A stretch of 62,974 nt of DNA, filler included, from Myxococcota bacterium (GCA_023150835.1; 9 parts of 9 records of this genome joined end to end with filler, not necessarily neighbours in it); one strand, 5' to 3'; numbered from the whole stretch's first letter, positions 20,821-30,417 are shown. Notes: a model not told the origin generated them from the letters alone. A program made the numbers and translations.

Positions 20821-21291
20821 ATGAAACCCATCAAAACCATTTTTCTGATCGTTGCGTCGATGTCCTTTGTCGTCGCAGCCTTGATCTTTGTCCCGATGAT
20901 GCTTCACCCAAGCGCCTCCTCGACGGTCTATTGGGTCGCAGCCTTTGTTTTTTCCCTACTGATCGGCCTTTTCTCTTTTGTCTGGCGGCTGCTCACGAGC
21001 GTTCTTGCGGCCATCGATTCTTCTAGCTCGCTCCATCACCGAGGTACACGCATCCGCACCTCGGACGCGCACGAAGCCGATCCTTGGATCATCGAATCCT
21101 CCGACTCCAGCGACGCAAACGATGATCACCCACGCTACGGCGGCGAAACCGAAAGCAGCTACGATACCGCCGATAGCAGCTCGTTTAGCGATTCCTCTTC
21201 TTCTTACAGTAGCGACTCGTCCTCTTCTTCATCCGGCGACTCGTCTTCTTCTAGCAGCGATTCCTCTTCTTCTTCTAGCAGCGATTGGTGA
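20821..21291 (+). CDS. small two-TM membrane protein with Ser/Asp-rich tail ending in W
   Basis: Two hydrophobic helices then SSDSSSS...SDW. Confidence 0.7.
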   Translation: MKPIKTIFLIVASMSFVVAALIFVPMMLHPSASSTVYWVAAFVFSLLIGLFSFVWRLLTSVLAAIDSSSSLHHRGTRIRTSDAHEADPWIIESSDSSDANDDHPRYGGETESSYDTADSSSFSDSSSSYSSDSSSSSSGDSSSSSSDSSSSSSSDW

Positions 21292-21811
21292 ACTCGTTTC
21301 GTGGAAACGTGCGCGGCGTTGTGGCATCAAAACCCCCGTGTTCGCGCCACTTCAAGCGGAGCCTCCGTTGGTTTGAAAAACCTGTGCTCACTCCGCCAAC
21401 ACAGGGTCAAGGGAGCGCGGCTCCCTTGTGGGGCGTGGGGCAAAGCCCCATACGCGCCTTGTTAAGGTGGAAACCTCGTAGCGTCGGTCTTGATCGCCTT
21501 TTTTTCTCCCCCCCTCAATCCCCCCGGCCAACGGGGGGAAGTTGGAACGGGCAGCGTCTGCATTTCGTGCATACAGCGTGCGTCATGAAAAAACAAAATC
21601 CCCGATGCTTCCGACTTTCGCTCCCTCCCCTGTTCACGGACTTTCGCTCCCTCCCCTGTTCACGGGGGAGGGCGGGGTGGGGGGCTTTCCTCCGCTTCAC
21701 CTAACGCCTATGGGGCAATGCCCCACCAAACCAAACGAATCTGCGTAATCCTACGCCTCTCGCGCAACCGATCCTCCCCGACAACAGAGACCCACACACA
21801 AAGAGGAAGCC

Positions 21812-24622
21812 ATGACCCATCCGAAACCACCCACCGCATCGAAGCCCCAAACAGATCCACGCAGCACACCGCCCTCCACGATAGAAGACGATTTGTGGCA
21901 AGAAGACGCTGCGCTCGAAGCCCCCGTCTCCATGTTTTCGGCACCTGATATCGCCATCCGTCGGCCCATTGCACGCGCTGCTCTATTGGCGACCCACGAA
22001 TACCGCCGCCTCGAAGAAGACGAGCGCGACGAGATCCCTTGGCGGCGTTGGGGCCCGTACCTCAGCGAGCGACAGTGGGGAACTGTGCGCGAAGATTACA
22101 GCAAAGACGGTGACGCTTGGAATTATTTCCCTCACGACCACGCAAGAAGCCGCGCCTATCGTTGGGGCGAAGATGGTTTGGCCGGATATTCCGACAACAA
22201 ACAATACCTCTGCTTTTCGCTCGCCTTGTGGAATGAACAAGATCCGTTTCTCAAAGAGCGGCTGTTCGGCCTCACCAACCCCGAAGGCAACCACGGTGAA
22301 GATGTCAAAGAGTTGTATTATTACCTCGACGCAACGCCCACTCACAGCTATCTCAAGATGCTCTACAAATACCCGCAACAAGCCTTTCCTTACGAGCAGC
22401 TTCGCCAAGAGAGCCGCAACAGAGGCCGCATGGATCGGGAGTTTGAGTTGCTCGATACAGGGATCTTTGAGCAGGATCGCTACTTCGATATCTTTGTCGA
22501 ATACGCCAAAGCTGCCCCAGACGACACGCTGATCCAGATCACCGCCCACAATCGCGGCCCCCAAGAAGCCCCGTTGCACCTGCTGCCGCAGATCTGTTTT
22601 CGCAATATCTGGTCATGGAAAGGCATCCCGCAGATGCCCGAAGCCTCGATGGCCAATGAAGAAGCCCTGTCGCTCCACCACCCAGAACTCGGACAATACT
22701 TCCTCTACAGCGCAGAATCCTCTGCCCGTTTCTTGTTTTGCGAAAACAACACCAACACCCGCCGTTTGTATGGCGCACAAGACGCACAAGGCCCGTTCAA
22801 AGATGCCTTTCACGATCGGGTGGTGATGGGAAAACAAGACGCGACAAGCGCCGCAGATCGGGGAACAAAGGCCGCGATCTGGTCGCGTCATACGATCCCT
22901 GCACATGGATCGATCACCTTGCGCTTGCGCCTCACCAACCTCCATGATCCCCATCCCTTCGCCTCTTTCGATTCGATCTTTGCGCGTCGCCAACAAGAAG
23001 CCGACGAATACTACAACGCCCTCGAAGAAGATATCCCCCACGAAGACGACCGCCGCATCCAACGCCAAGCCTTCGCAGGCATGATCTGGAACAAGCAATA
23101 CTACCGCTACAACGTACACGACTGGCAACGCGGTGATCCGCTCCAACCTCCCCCACCCAAGGGGCGTATCGCACGCAACGCTGAGTGGGGCCACCTCAAA
23201 AATAACAACGTGATCTCCATGCCCGATACATGGGAATATCCGTGGTATGCCGCTTGGGATCTCGCCTTCCACGCCCTTCCCTTCGCCCTGATCGATGCAC
23301 CCTTTGCCAAGCGACAACTGCTCTTGATGACCCGTGAATGGTATATGCACCCCAACGGTCAACTTCCCGCTTACGAATGGAACTTTAGCGATGTCAATCC
23401 TCCCGTTCATGCGTGGGCCGCGTGGCGGGTCTTTCAGATCGACCGCAGCGCCCGAGGCGATCAAGGCGACCTGTTTTTCTTAGAGCGGATCTTCCACAAA
23501 CTCTTGCTGAACTTTACTTGGTGGGTCAACCGCAAAGACGCCCAAGGGCGCAACGTCTTTCAAGGCGGCTTCTTGGGACTCGACAACATCGGCGTGTTTG
23601 ACCGCAGCAAACCCCTTCCCACAGGTGGACATCTCGATCAAGCCGATGGGACTAGCTGGATGGGGATGTACTGCCTCAATATGTTGCAGATATCCCTCGA
23701 ACTTGCCCGTCACAACGCCGTGTACGAAGACATCGCCACCAAGTTTTTCGAACACTTTTTGTACATCGCCCAAGCCATGACCAACATGGGCGGCGAAGGC
23801 GTCGGGCTTTGGGACGATCAAGACAAGTTCTTCTACGACGTGCTGCACTTCCCTGACGGTCGCAATCTCCCACTCAAAGTCCGATCGATGGTCGGCTTGA
23901 TCCCCTTGTTTGCGGTCGAAACCATCGAACCTGAAACCCTCAAGCGCCTGCCCAACTTTTCCAAGCGTATGCACTGGTTTTTGGAGAAACGCCCTGACTT
24001 GGCGGATCTGGTGTCTCATTGGAATGAGCCCGGGCGTGGCGAACTGCGCTTGCTCTCGCTGTTGCGCGGCCATCGGATGAAACGCCTGCTACAGCGTACG
24101 CTCGATCCAAACGAATTTCTATCCGATTATGGCATCCGCTCACTTTCCCGCTACCACAAACAACACCCCTACACCTTCACTTACCGCGATCAATCGTTTA
24201 CGGTCGCCTATGTTTCGGGCGAATCGGACTCAGGACTCTTTGGCGGAAACTCCAACTGGCGCGGCCCGATCTGGTTCCCTGTCAACTATCTGCTGATCGA
24301 GTCGTTGCAAAAATTCCATCACTACTACAGCGACGACTTTTTGGTCGAATACCCCACAGGATCGGGGCAATCGCTGTCTTTGTTGCAGATCGCAGAACAC
24401 CTCGGCCAACGCCTTGCCGGATTGTTTCGTCGTGGAGAAGATGGAAGACGCCCGATATTTGGCGACAACCGCAAGATGCAAGAAGACCCCCAATTCCGCG
24501 ATCATCTGCTGTTTCACGAATACTTTGACGGCGATACAGGCCGAGGATTGGGTGCCTCCCATCAAACAGGATGGACAGGTCTGATCGCCAAGCTACTCCA
24601 GCCTCGACGCAAACCCTCCTAA
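21812..24622 (+). CDS. MGH1/GH63-like glycoside hydrolase
   Basis: WGPYLSERQWGTVREDYS, SMPDTWEYPWYAAWDLAFH, GGNSNWRGPIWFPVN, GLGASHQTGWTG. Confidence 0.9.
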   Translation: MTHPKPPTASKPQTDPRSTPPSTIEDDLWQEDAALEAPVSMFSAPDIAIRRPIARAALLATHEYRRLEEDERDEIPWRRWGPYLSERQWGTVREDYSKDGDAWNYFPHDHARSRAYRWGEDGLAGYSDNKQYLCFSLALWNEQDPFLKERLFGLTNPEGNHGEDVKELYYYLDATPTHSYLKMLYKYPQQAFPYEQLRQESRNRGRMDREFELLDTGIFEQDRYFDIFVEYAKAAPDDTLIQITAHNRGPQEAPLHLLPQICFRNIWSWKGIPQMPEASMANEEALSLHHPELGQYFLYSAESSARFLFCENNTNTRRLYGAQDAQGPFKDAFHDRVVMGKQDATSAADRGTKAAIWSRHTIPAHGSITLRLRLTNLHDPHPFASFDSIFARRQQEADEYYNALEEDIPHEDDRRIQRQAFAGMIWNKQYYRYNVHDWQRGDPLQPPPPKGRIARNAEWGHLKNNNVISMPDTWEYPWYAAWDLAFHALPFALIDAPFAKRQLLLMTREWYMHPNGQLPAYEWNFSDVNPPVHAWAAWRVFQIDRSARGDQGDLFFLERIFHKLLLNFTWWVNRKDAQGRNVFQGGFLGLDNIGVFDRSKPLPTGGHLDQADGTSWMGMYCLNMLQISLELARHNAVYEDIATKFFEHFLYIAQAMTNMGGEGVGLWDDQDKFFYDVLHFPDGRNLPLKVRSMVGLIPLFAVETIEPETLKRLPNFSKRMHWFLEKRPDLADLVSHWNEPGRGELRLLSLLRGHRMKRLLQRTLDPNEFLSDYGIRSLSRYHKQHPYTFTYRDQSFTVAYVSGESDSGLFGGNSNWRGPIWFPVNYLLIESLQKFHHYYSDDFLVEYPTGSGQSLSLLQIAEHLGQRLAGLFRRGEDGRRPIFGDNRKMQEDPQFRDHLLFHEYFDGDTGRGLGASHQTGWTGLIAKLLQPRRKPS

Positions 24623-24802
24623 TCAGCCCTCTTCCTTCGTCGCGGAGGGTTCTCCCACCGCTTGCGCTTGCATCTTCACGATCGCTTCCGCTGATAGCCC
24701 CGTCACTTTCGTGATCTGTTCCATCCCCATCCCCATCTCCAGCAACTTCAACGCCATCTCCCGCTTTTCTTCTTCTCGACCCTGCTGCAAAGACAAACGC
24801 AC
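24623..24802 (-). CDS. stand-alone Rpn/YhgA-like C-terminal peptide (59 aa; may be a pseudogene remnant)
   Basis: Own translation: VRLSLQQGREEEKREMALKLLEMGMGMEQITKVTGLSAEAIVKMQ...*; below the 60-aa ORF cutoff. Confidence 0.65.
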   Translation of the reverse strand: MRLSLQQGREEEKREMALKLLEMGMGMEQITKVTGLSAEAIVKMQAQAVGEPSATKEEG

Positions 24803-24805
24803 CTT

Positions 24806-25036
24806 TTACACGGCTTCATGATCTTCGCCGTCTTCGCTCTCCGCTTTCCCCATACCGCCCGCCATCTCCGTTAATTCACCTTGCTGATTCACAATCCCTG
24901 CCCGAACGAGAGTCGCAAACTTTTCTTTCTCTGTCAGTCGGTCAAATGATTCCATCGCTTTCAAGTGGAAATGATATTCCTCACTCCGATAATAATCCCA
25001 TTCCTTCGGGAGCTTTCTCTCCTGTTGGCTGCTCAT
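24806..25036 (-). CDS. small hypothetical protein, possible antitoxin
   Basis: 76-aa acidic ORF overlapping the 3' end of the upstream gene; LVRAGIVNQQGELT. Confidence 0.6.
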   Translation of the reverse strand: MSSQQERKLPKEWDYYRSEEYHFHLKAMESFDRLTEKEKFATLVRAGIVNQQGELTEMAGGMGKAESEDGEDHEAV

Positions 25037-25646
25037 CCTTTTCTCCTTTCGCTACACGTGGCCGAAAATAGCCTAAAATACACGAAGGATCACGAACTGC
25101 GATCTGAAGATGATTTTTGCTCTGAAACCCAGAACCTTCATAAGCTGCCTCACCTTCCACAAAGACCCCTCGCACAGTCTGATAATACGACGTACCCCCA
25201 TACTCCGCATCCATCCATTCTAAATACCAGTTGAGATAAGCACAATCCCGATACCGAAGCAGGATATCATTAGTGAACCTTTGGCCTCTCTTGTTCTCTG
25301 GCAACGGTTTGCCTGCCGCTTCAAAAATGCCCTTAAACCTCGGCCAAGCCATCCGTAGCTGCTCCGTGTGATACACATCTGCAAGATCAAAACAACGACC
25401 AAGGTGGATATACGCCCCCAACACAAAGGGAGTCTCCAACTTCCCCCGCTCTTTCTGCTCAAAAGCAAAGTCCCACGCACGACGCGGCCCATACTCCCAA
25501 AAATACACGCCCTTCCCCAACCAATCGTATGTATTTTGACTTGGACGCAGTTCTTCACCTTCCATCAACACACGTTCCGCTACACTCTTCTCGCAACCAT
25601 GATAGCCCACAATCAACCGTTGATAACCCCATTCTGGCGGTCTCAT
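24981..25646 (-). CDS. hypothetical protein with ADP-ribosyltransferase-like motifs
   Basis: IVGYHGC...SQNTYDWLGKGVYFWE...HLQIAVR resembles the YHG / GxGxYF pattern of H-Y-type ART folds; ATG 25646 after GGAGAG. Confidence 0.55.
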   Translation of the reverse strand: MRPPEWGYQRLIVGYHGCEKSVAERVLMEGEELRPSQNTYDWLGKGVYFWEYGPRRAWDFAFEQKERGKLETPFVLGAYIHLGRCFDLADVYHTEQLRMAWPRFKGIFEAAGKPLPENKRGQRFTNDILLRYRDCAYLNWYLEWMDAEYGGTSYYQTVRGVFVEGEAAYEGSGFQSKNHLQIAVRDPSCILGYFRPRVAKGEKDEQPTGEKAPEGMGLLSE

Positions 25647-25948
25647 CTCTCCAACCTCCTTTGCGGCTCTCCTCTCTCCCAAAGATACCGATCTATCCGC
25701 AGTATTTCAACCGCTACCTTTGCCACGCTTCAACGCTCGGCAGACTCGCCTTGTCACCGCTTGCGCCTCGCTCCTCCATCCGCAAAAAAGAAAACCCCTT
25801 GGGCGCTCAGTCGCTAGACCTACGGACGCAAGGGGCTTTCGGGGCGTTCTTTGTCCCACAATGGGGCGCGGGTAAGAGAAGATGGCCTGAGCCTTGTCCA
25901 CACAAGCGGCAGCCGTAACCACCGCCTCTCTGGGATGCGCTGAGGATT

Positions 25949-26062
25949 GACGACACGGAAACCGATGTTGTTGTTGCGGTTCGTCGGCGTGTTGTTGTTA
26001 CGCTGCGCCGCCCGCACGTTGTTGGCGTTGTTGTTCCAACTGCCACCACGTTTCACGCGGTT
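25949..26062 (-). ncRNA. DGR template repeat (TR) of CLec/FGE-sulfatase type
   Basis: 114 nt reading [38 protein letters not shown]; 13 of 38 codons are AAC; begins 11 nt after the RT stop; boundaries approximate without a VR. Confidence 0.9.
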
Positions 26063-26073
26063 CGTGCTTCTCC

Positions 26074-26472
26074 TTACCCTTTTTCGATCCCTAACAAACT
26101 CCGTCGCAACATACAAGTATTCGCCATCCGCGCATGACCCAACAGGCCGCGCATCCGACATTGCGCCTCTTCCTCGCTGATCTCCCCCAATGATTCCGCC
26201 CTCTCCACATCCCGCCAACCCCCGATAAACCGCCGCAAGGCTCCCTGCCCAAATCGTATCAAATGCGGATATACCCGAAAACCCAGAAAACCAAATCCCT
26301 CCCACGTCGGACACAAGCGCGTCTCGCTCTCCTTCAACCGCAGCCCCAGATGCTCCCGCAGATACCCCTCGATCTGCGCCTTCCACGCCCACATCTGCGC
26401 CTTGTCCTCCCCAAATAACAACATATCGTCCATGTACCGCAGATAACGCCGCACCGCCTTCTGTTCCCGCGC
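26074..26472 (-). pseudogene. DGR-type reverse transcriptase, C-terminal fragment
   Basis: [20 protein letters not shown]...[11 protein letters not shown]...[11 protein letters not shown]...[15 protein letters not shown] at 26425-26436; RT motifs upstream of YMDD absent. Confidence 0.88.
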
Positions 26473-26950
26473 TTTCCTCTGGCCTACGAAAAAAACCCAA
26501 CAACACATCCGCATAACGTTCCATACTCGCCTTGCCGAAGCCTTGGATCGCCTCCAACCCTGCCCGTGTTTCCGGCTTTTGACGCACAATCTCCATCAAC
26601 ACCTCATTGTTTAAGATCACAAACGCAGGGATCCCATCTTCTTTCGCTTGCTTTGCCCGCCAACGCCGCATCGTCTCAAAAAGCGCCTTGTCTTGCTCGT
26701 TTTCCAACTTCGCGCCTGCGCGTTCCCCCTTTCGCTCCTGCCCAGAAAAAATGCCCTGCCCTCCCCTCTTGCGCAAAAACGGGCTGTCCCGATACGTCAC
26801 CACCACGGCCATGCGCGGTACGCCTTGCTGCATGAAAAAATGTTCCTGCGCCGACAATATCTCGACTTCCTCCCCCAGCGCCTCCAACTCGCTGCTATCA
26901 AAACCGCCCGTCTCCGCATCATAACTTAAATTAAACACTTTCACCTTCAT
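26473..26950 (-). CDS. HRDC-domain DGR accessory protein; own stop lost, ORF reads on to 25820
   Basis: [18 protein letters not shown]...[18 protein letters not shown] plus [61 protein letters not shown]. Confidence 0.85.
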
Positions 26951-27149
26951 CCGCCTTTTCCTTTCTTTTCTACAAACCTACACCTTGATTCTTCCATTTT
27001 TGGGGGCCTGCCCCCAATCCCCCGCCATAGACTCTCGCCCCTTGACCCCNNNNNNNNNNNNNNNNNNNNNNNNNNNNNNNNNNNNNNNNNNNNTTAATTA
27101 ATTAANNNNNNNNNNNNNNNNNNNNNNNNNNNNNNNNNNNNNNNNNNNN

Positions 27150-27365
27150 GGAAAGTACGGAAAGTACGGAAAGTACGGAAAGTACGGAAAGTACGGAAAG
27201 TACGGAAAGTACGGAAAGTACGGAAAGTACGGAAAGTACGGAAAGTACGGAAAGTACGGAAAGTACGGAAAGTACGGAAAGTGCGGAAAGTGCGGAAAGT
27301 GCGGAAAGTGCGGAAAGTGCGGAAAGTGCGGAAAGTGCGGAAAGTGCGGAAAGTGCGGAAAGTAC
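27150..27365. repeat. 9-bp tandem repeat, at least 24 units, runs into the gap
   Basis: (GGAAAGTAC)14(GGAAAGTGC)9(GGAAAGTAC)1. Confidence 0.95.
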
Positions 27366-27405
27366 GGAGACGGGGTTTCTCTGTGCGCTCAGACTTTCTG
27401 CCTTC

Positions 27406-27477
27406 CTCCCCCTCGCGGCAGCAGCGAGGCTTTGCGAGCGTCGCAGGGACAGGGGACGCCCGAAGGGCAGGGGTGAG
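27406..27477. repeat. Repeat family D: ~70-bp palindromic element
   Basis: CTCCCCTCGC..GCAGCGAGGCTTTGCGAGCGTCGCAGGGA..GGGGA.GCCCGAAGGGCAGGGGTGAG; second copy 61038-61107. Confidence 0.85.
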
Positions 27478-27583
27478 CGTCACGCGATCAAAAGAACGAG
27501 GTCGGGATAAAGGACAAAGGGCAGAAGAAGAGAAGGCGAGAGAAAAGAGGGGCGATGCGGAGAAAAGAGGGGGATGTGCGGGA

Positions 27584-28318
27584 TCAAAAGCAGCGGCTAA
27601 AGTTTTCGCCTGTCGAAGGTTTGCAGACCGTACCTGTTTCACAAGCGATATCTCCACCGCAGATATCGCCTTTTTTGGCTTTGGTGGGGACGGGTTCACA
27701 ATAGCCGAGGGGTTCGTCGACAGGTGTTAGCGGTCGGCAGTTTTGCTTTTCAGCGGGGCAATCTTCGCCTTTGTTGCGGAGATCACAGGTGGGAGTGCAT
27801 CGCTTGACAAAGGTAAATCCGACAACAGGGCGGCAGTAAAGATTCAATTCACAATCGAGTTCTTGTTCGCAAAGGCCGCCTACAGGCTTGTTTCCGCTGG
27901 GAGTGCGGCAGTAGCCGTTCCCCTCAAATAGAACGCAGATCTCGCTTTTGGGGCAACCTTGTTGCTTGACGACATCGCAGCGTGCGACGCAAAAACGTCC
28001 CTTGCCATCGAGATTTGGCGCGCAGGTTTCTTGAAATTTGTTGCAGTCGTCTTGTTTGGCGCAAGGTGTGGGGGCAGGGATGATGTTGGAAACGCAACTG
28101 GTGTTGCTGCATCGAAAATCTTTGGGACAGTCGTTGTCTTTGCTGCACGTCTTTGGCACGCAGGTTTTTTCGAGGCACTTGTAATCGGTGGGGCAATCTG
28201 CATCTTGTGTGCAGTTGAATCGGGCCTGCTTGTAGTCCACAGAGAATGTACAAGAGGCCGAAAACAACAAGAGGCTACAAAGCAAAAAAGAAAAAACAAA
28301 TCTCGTCCGCATGCGCAT
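27584..28318 (-). CDS. Cys-rich lipoprotein
   Basis: Signal peptide ending LFSASC; repeated CxxDxDCPxxxxC units. Confidence 0.8.
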   Translation of the reverse strand: MRMRTRFVFSFLLCSLLLFSASCTFSVDYKQARFNCTQDADCPTDYKCLEKTCVPKTCSKDNDCPKDFRCSNTSCVSNIIPAPTPCAKQDDCNKFQETCAPNLDGKGRFCVARCDVVKQQGCPKSEICVLFEGNGYCRTPSGNKPVGGLCEQELDCELNLYCRPVVGFTFVKRCTPTCDLRNKGEDCPAEKQNCRPLTPVDEPLGYCEPVPTKAKKGDICGGDIACETGTVCKPSTGENFSRCF

Positions 28319-28545
28319 AACCTTCTTCTGTTCGACTCCTCAACCCACGAAAGGGGGCGAGAGCGCTTGTCGGATATCTCAAACGCCTGTTAAGAAGCCC
28401 CCTTGTTGTATGGGATTCCCTTGAATCGGTCAAGAAGATTGCGATAGAGTTTCTGGGGAAAGCGCCGTTGGGGCGTTGTGCTGCCTTGGACGGCGTGGGC
28501 GCATGACAACGCCAGCCTCAATTCATCCAAACAGGAGAGCGGATC

Positions 28546-30351
28546 ATGTTTCGACAGTTCGTCTTGGGCATCTTGGGGGCAGCCTTGTGGGTCGGTGGGA
28601 TGGCGCAACCTGCGCATGCTTTTTGGGACTTTGGTGCAAACAAGAAACCTGAAAAAAAGCCGATCGAGGTCGCGATGTTTCGTCTGGCAGGGGGCTATCC
28701 CGATCGGGCCAAAAGTGCTGGACTGTTTGCGCAGCCCAAAAGCTTTCAACGCTTGATGCGGCGTTTGAACACAGCCAAAAACAGCCCCACCGTCAAAGCC
28801 GCGATCTTTCGTCTTGGCGGATTGAGCGTCAGTCTGACCAAAGCCGAAGCCATCCATAAGGCGATCTTGGTGTTGCGCCAGTCTGGAAAACAAACTGTTG
28901 CGATGCTTGAGGCCGGAAGCAGCGCAGATTATCTCGTTGCGATGGCCTGTGACAAGATCTATATGCCCAAAAGTGGTATGTTGATCTTGCCGGGTCTGCG
29001 GAGCGAATCGCTTTACTTCAAAAAGATGATGGAGCGCTTCGGCCTGTTGGGAGACTTTATTACGGTGGGCGACTTCAAAACCGCCCCCGAACCTTTCTTG
29101 CGCGATTCGATGTCCGATGCCCAACGCCGCCAAGTCTCCGCGATCCTCGATGATCTGTACCAACACTTCGTGTCGCTGATCTCCACCCATCGCAAGCTCC
29201 CCATAGAAAAAGTCAAAGCTCTCCTCGATCAAGGGATCTGGTCGCCCGAAGATGCCAAAAAAGCCGGAATGATCGACGACGTGTTGTACATCCAAGATAT
29301 CTACAAACAACTGCGTTCCGCATGGAAAGACGAAAAAGTCGAATTCATCGCCAACTACGCGATCAAAAAACGCGAGCGACCCACCAACTTGTGGTCGATG
29401 TTTTCGATGCTGCTCAATCCGAAAAAGTCCAGTACTGCGGGATCTCAGCCCAAGATCGCCGTCGTGTATGCCGAAGGCACGATCTATTACGGCTCTGCAC
29501 CACGCGGACTCTTTTCGGAAGAGACCGATATCTGGTCCGATGGGCTGATCAAGACTCTTGAACAGGTGCGCAAGGTTCAAAACTTGCGTGCGGTGATCTT
29601 GCGTATCAATAGCCCGGGAGGATCGGCTCTTGCGAGTGATCTGGTGTGGCGAAAACTCGAACAGCTCAAACGCAAGGTTCCACTCTACGTTTCGATGGGC
29701 GACGTTGCCGCTTCGGGCGGTTATTATCTTTCGATGGGCGCGGATACCATCGTGGCCCAACCCACGACCATCACAGGCTCGATCGGCATCTTTGCAGGAA
29801 AGTTGGTTCTGCGCGGCGCGATGGACAAACTCGGCATCACCGTACAAAGTCTCTCTCGTGGCAAAAACGCGGGGATGTTCTCTGCCTTTGAAACCTTTTC
29901 GACCTCCGAACGCGAGGCACTCCGTCAGATGCTTCAACACGCTTACACAGACTTCGTCAACAAAGCCGCAAAAGGCCGAAAGATGAAGCCCGAAGATCTG
30001 TTGAAACTGGCAGGTGGGCGCGTTTGGACTGGCCGACAAGCCCATGCCAAGGGACTTGTCGATAAACTGGGCGATCTGCACGATACCATCGAATTGGCGA
30101 TCCAACGAACAGGACTCCGCGTTCGCCCACAGATCGTCAACTTCCCCCAACCCAAGGGCTTCTTTGAGATGTTCGACGCTGTTTCTTCTCGCGAACAAGG
30201 CACCCTTCCTTTGGCCGCGCAGCGCTTGTGGGCCTTGCTTGCAACCCTCCCCGCGCCTCTAAGCGCTCCCTTGCACCTGTTGTTTCGCACACAAGCGCAA
30301 AACCAACACCTGTTGATGTACCACCCCATCCCTTCCATCCACCTGCGTTGA
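28546..30351 (+). CDS. sppA: signal peptide peptidase SppA (long type)
   Basis: GDFKTAPEPF, LRINSPGGSALAS, SMGDVAASGGYY, TITGSIGI, GRVWTGRQA. Confidence 0.93.
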   Translation: MFRQFVLGILGAALWVGGMAQPAHAFWDFGANKKPEKKPIEVAMFRLAGGYPDRAKSAGLFAQPKSFQRLMRRLNTAKNSPTVKAAIFRLGGLSVSLTKAEAIHKAILVLRQSGKQTVAMLEAGSSADYLVAMACDKIYMPKSGMLILPGLRSESLYFKKMMERFGLLGDFITVGDFKTAPEPFLRDSMSDAQRRQVSAILDDLYQHFVSLISTHRKLPIEKVKALLDQGIWSPEDAKKAGMIDDVLYIQDIYKQLRSAWKDEKVEFIANYAIKKRERPTNLWSMFSMLLNPKKSSTAGSQPKIAVVYAEGTIYYGSAPRGLFSEETDIWSDGLIKTLEQVRKVQNLRAVILRINSPGGSALASDLVWRKLEQLKRKVPLYVSMGDVAASGGYYLSMGADTIVAQPTTITGSIGIFAGKLVLRGAMDKLGITVQSLSRGKNAGMFSAFETFSTSEREALRQMLQHAYTDFVNKAAKGRKMKPEDLLKLAGGRVWTGRQAHAKGLVDKLGDLHDTIELAIQRTGLRVRPQIVNFPQPKGFFEMFDAVSSREQGTLPLAAQRLWALLATLPAPLSAPLHLLFRTQAQNQHLLMYHPIPSIHLR

Positions 30352-30417
30352 AACATCCTCGCCTATCTCCTACGGGATTTGGATTTCACGCAGATACTTT
30401 GCACGAAAGGAGCGCCG

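Larger units (their letters stand above)
25785..26950 (-). mobile_element. diversity-generating retroelement, HRDC-associated, RT deleted at its 5' end
   Basis: Order HRDC gene, RT C-terminal half (YMDD), AAC-rich TR, structured spacer with U-tract. Confidence 0.88.

Noticed and set aside
26074-26472. Group II intron or retron RT
   Set aside because: No intron domain V/VI or msr-msd seen; the adjacent AAC-rich TR and HRDC gene point to a DGR.
27150-27365. CRISPR array, or RKV/TFR-repeat ORFs
   Set aside because: Contiguous 9-mers with no spacers; the ORFs follow from a stop-free repeat.
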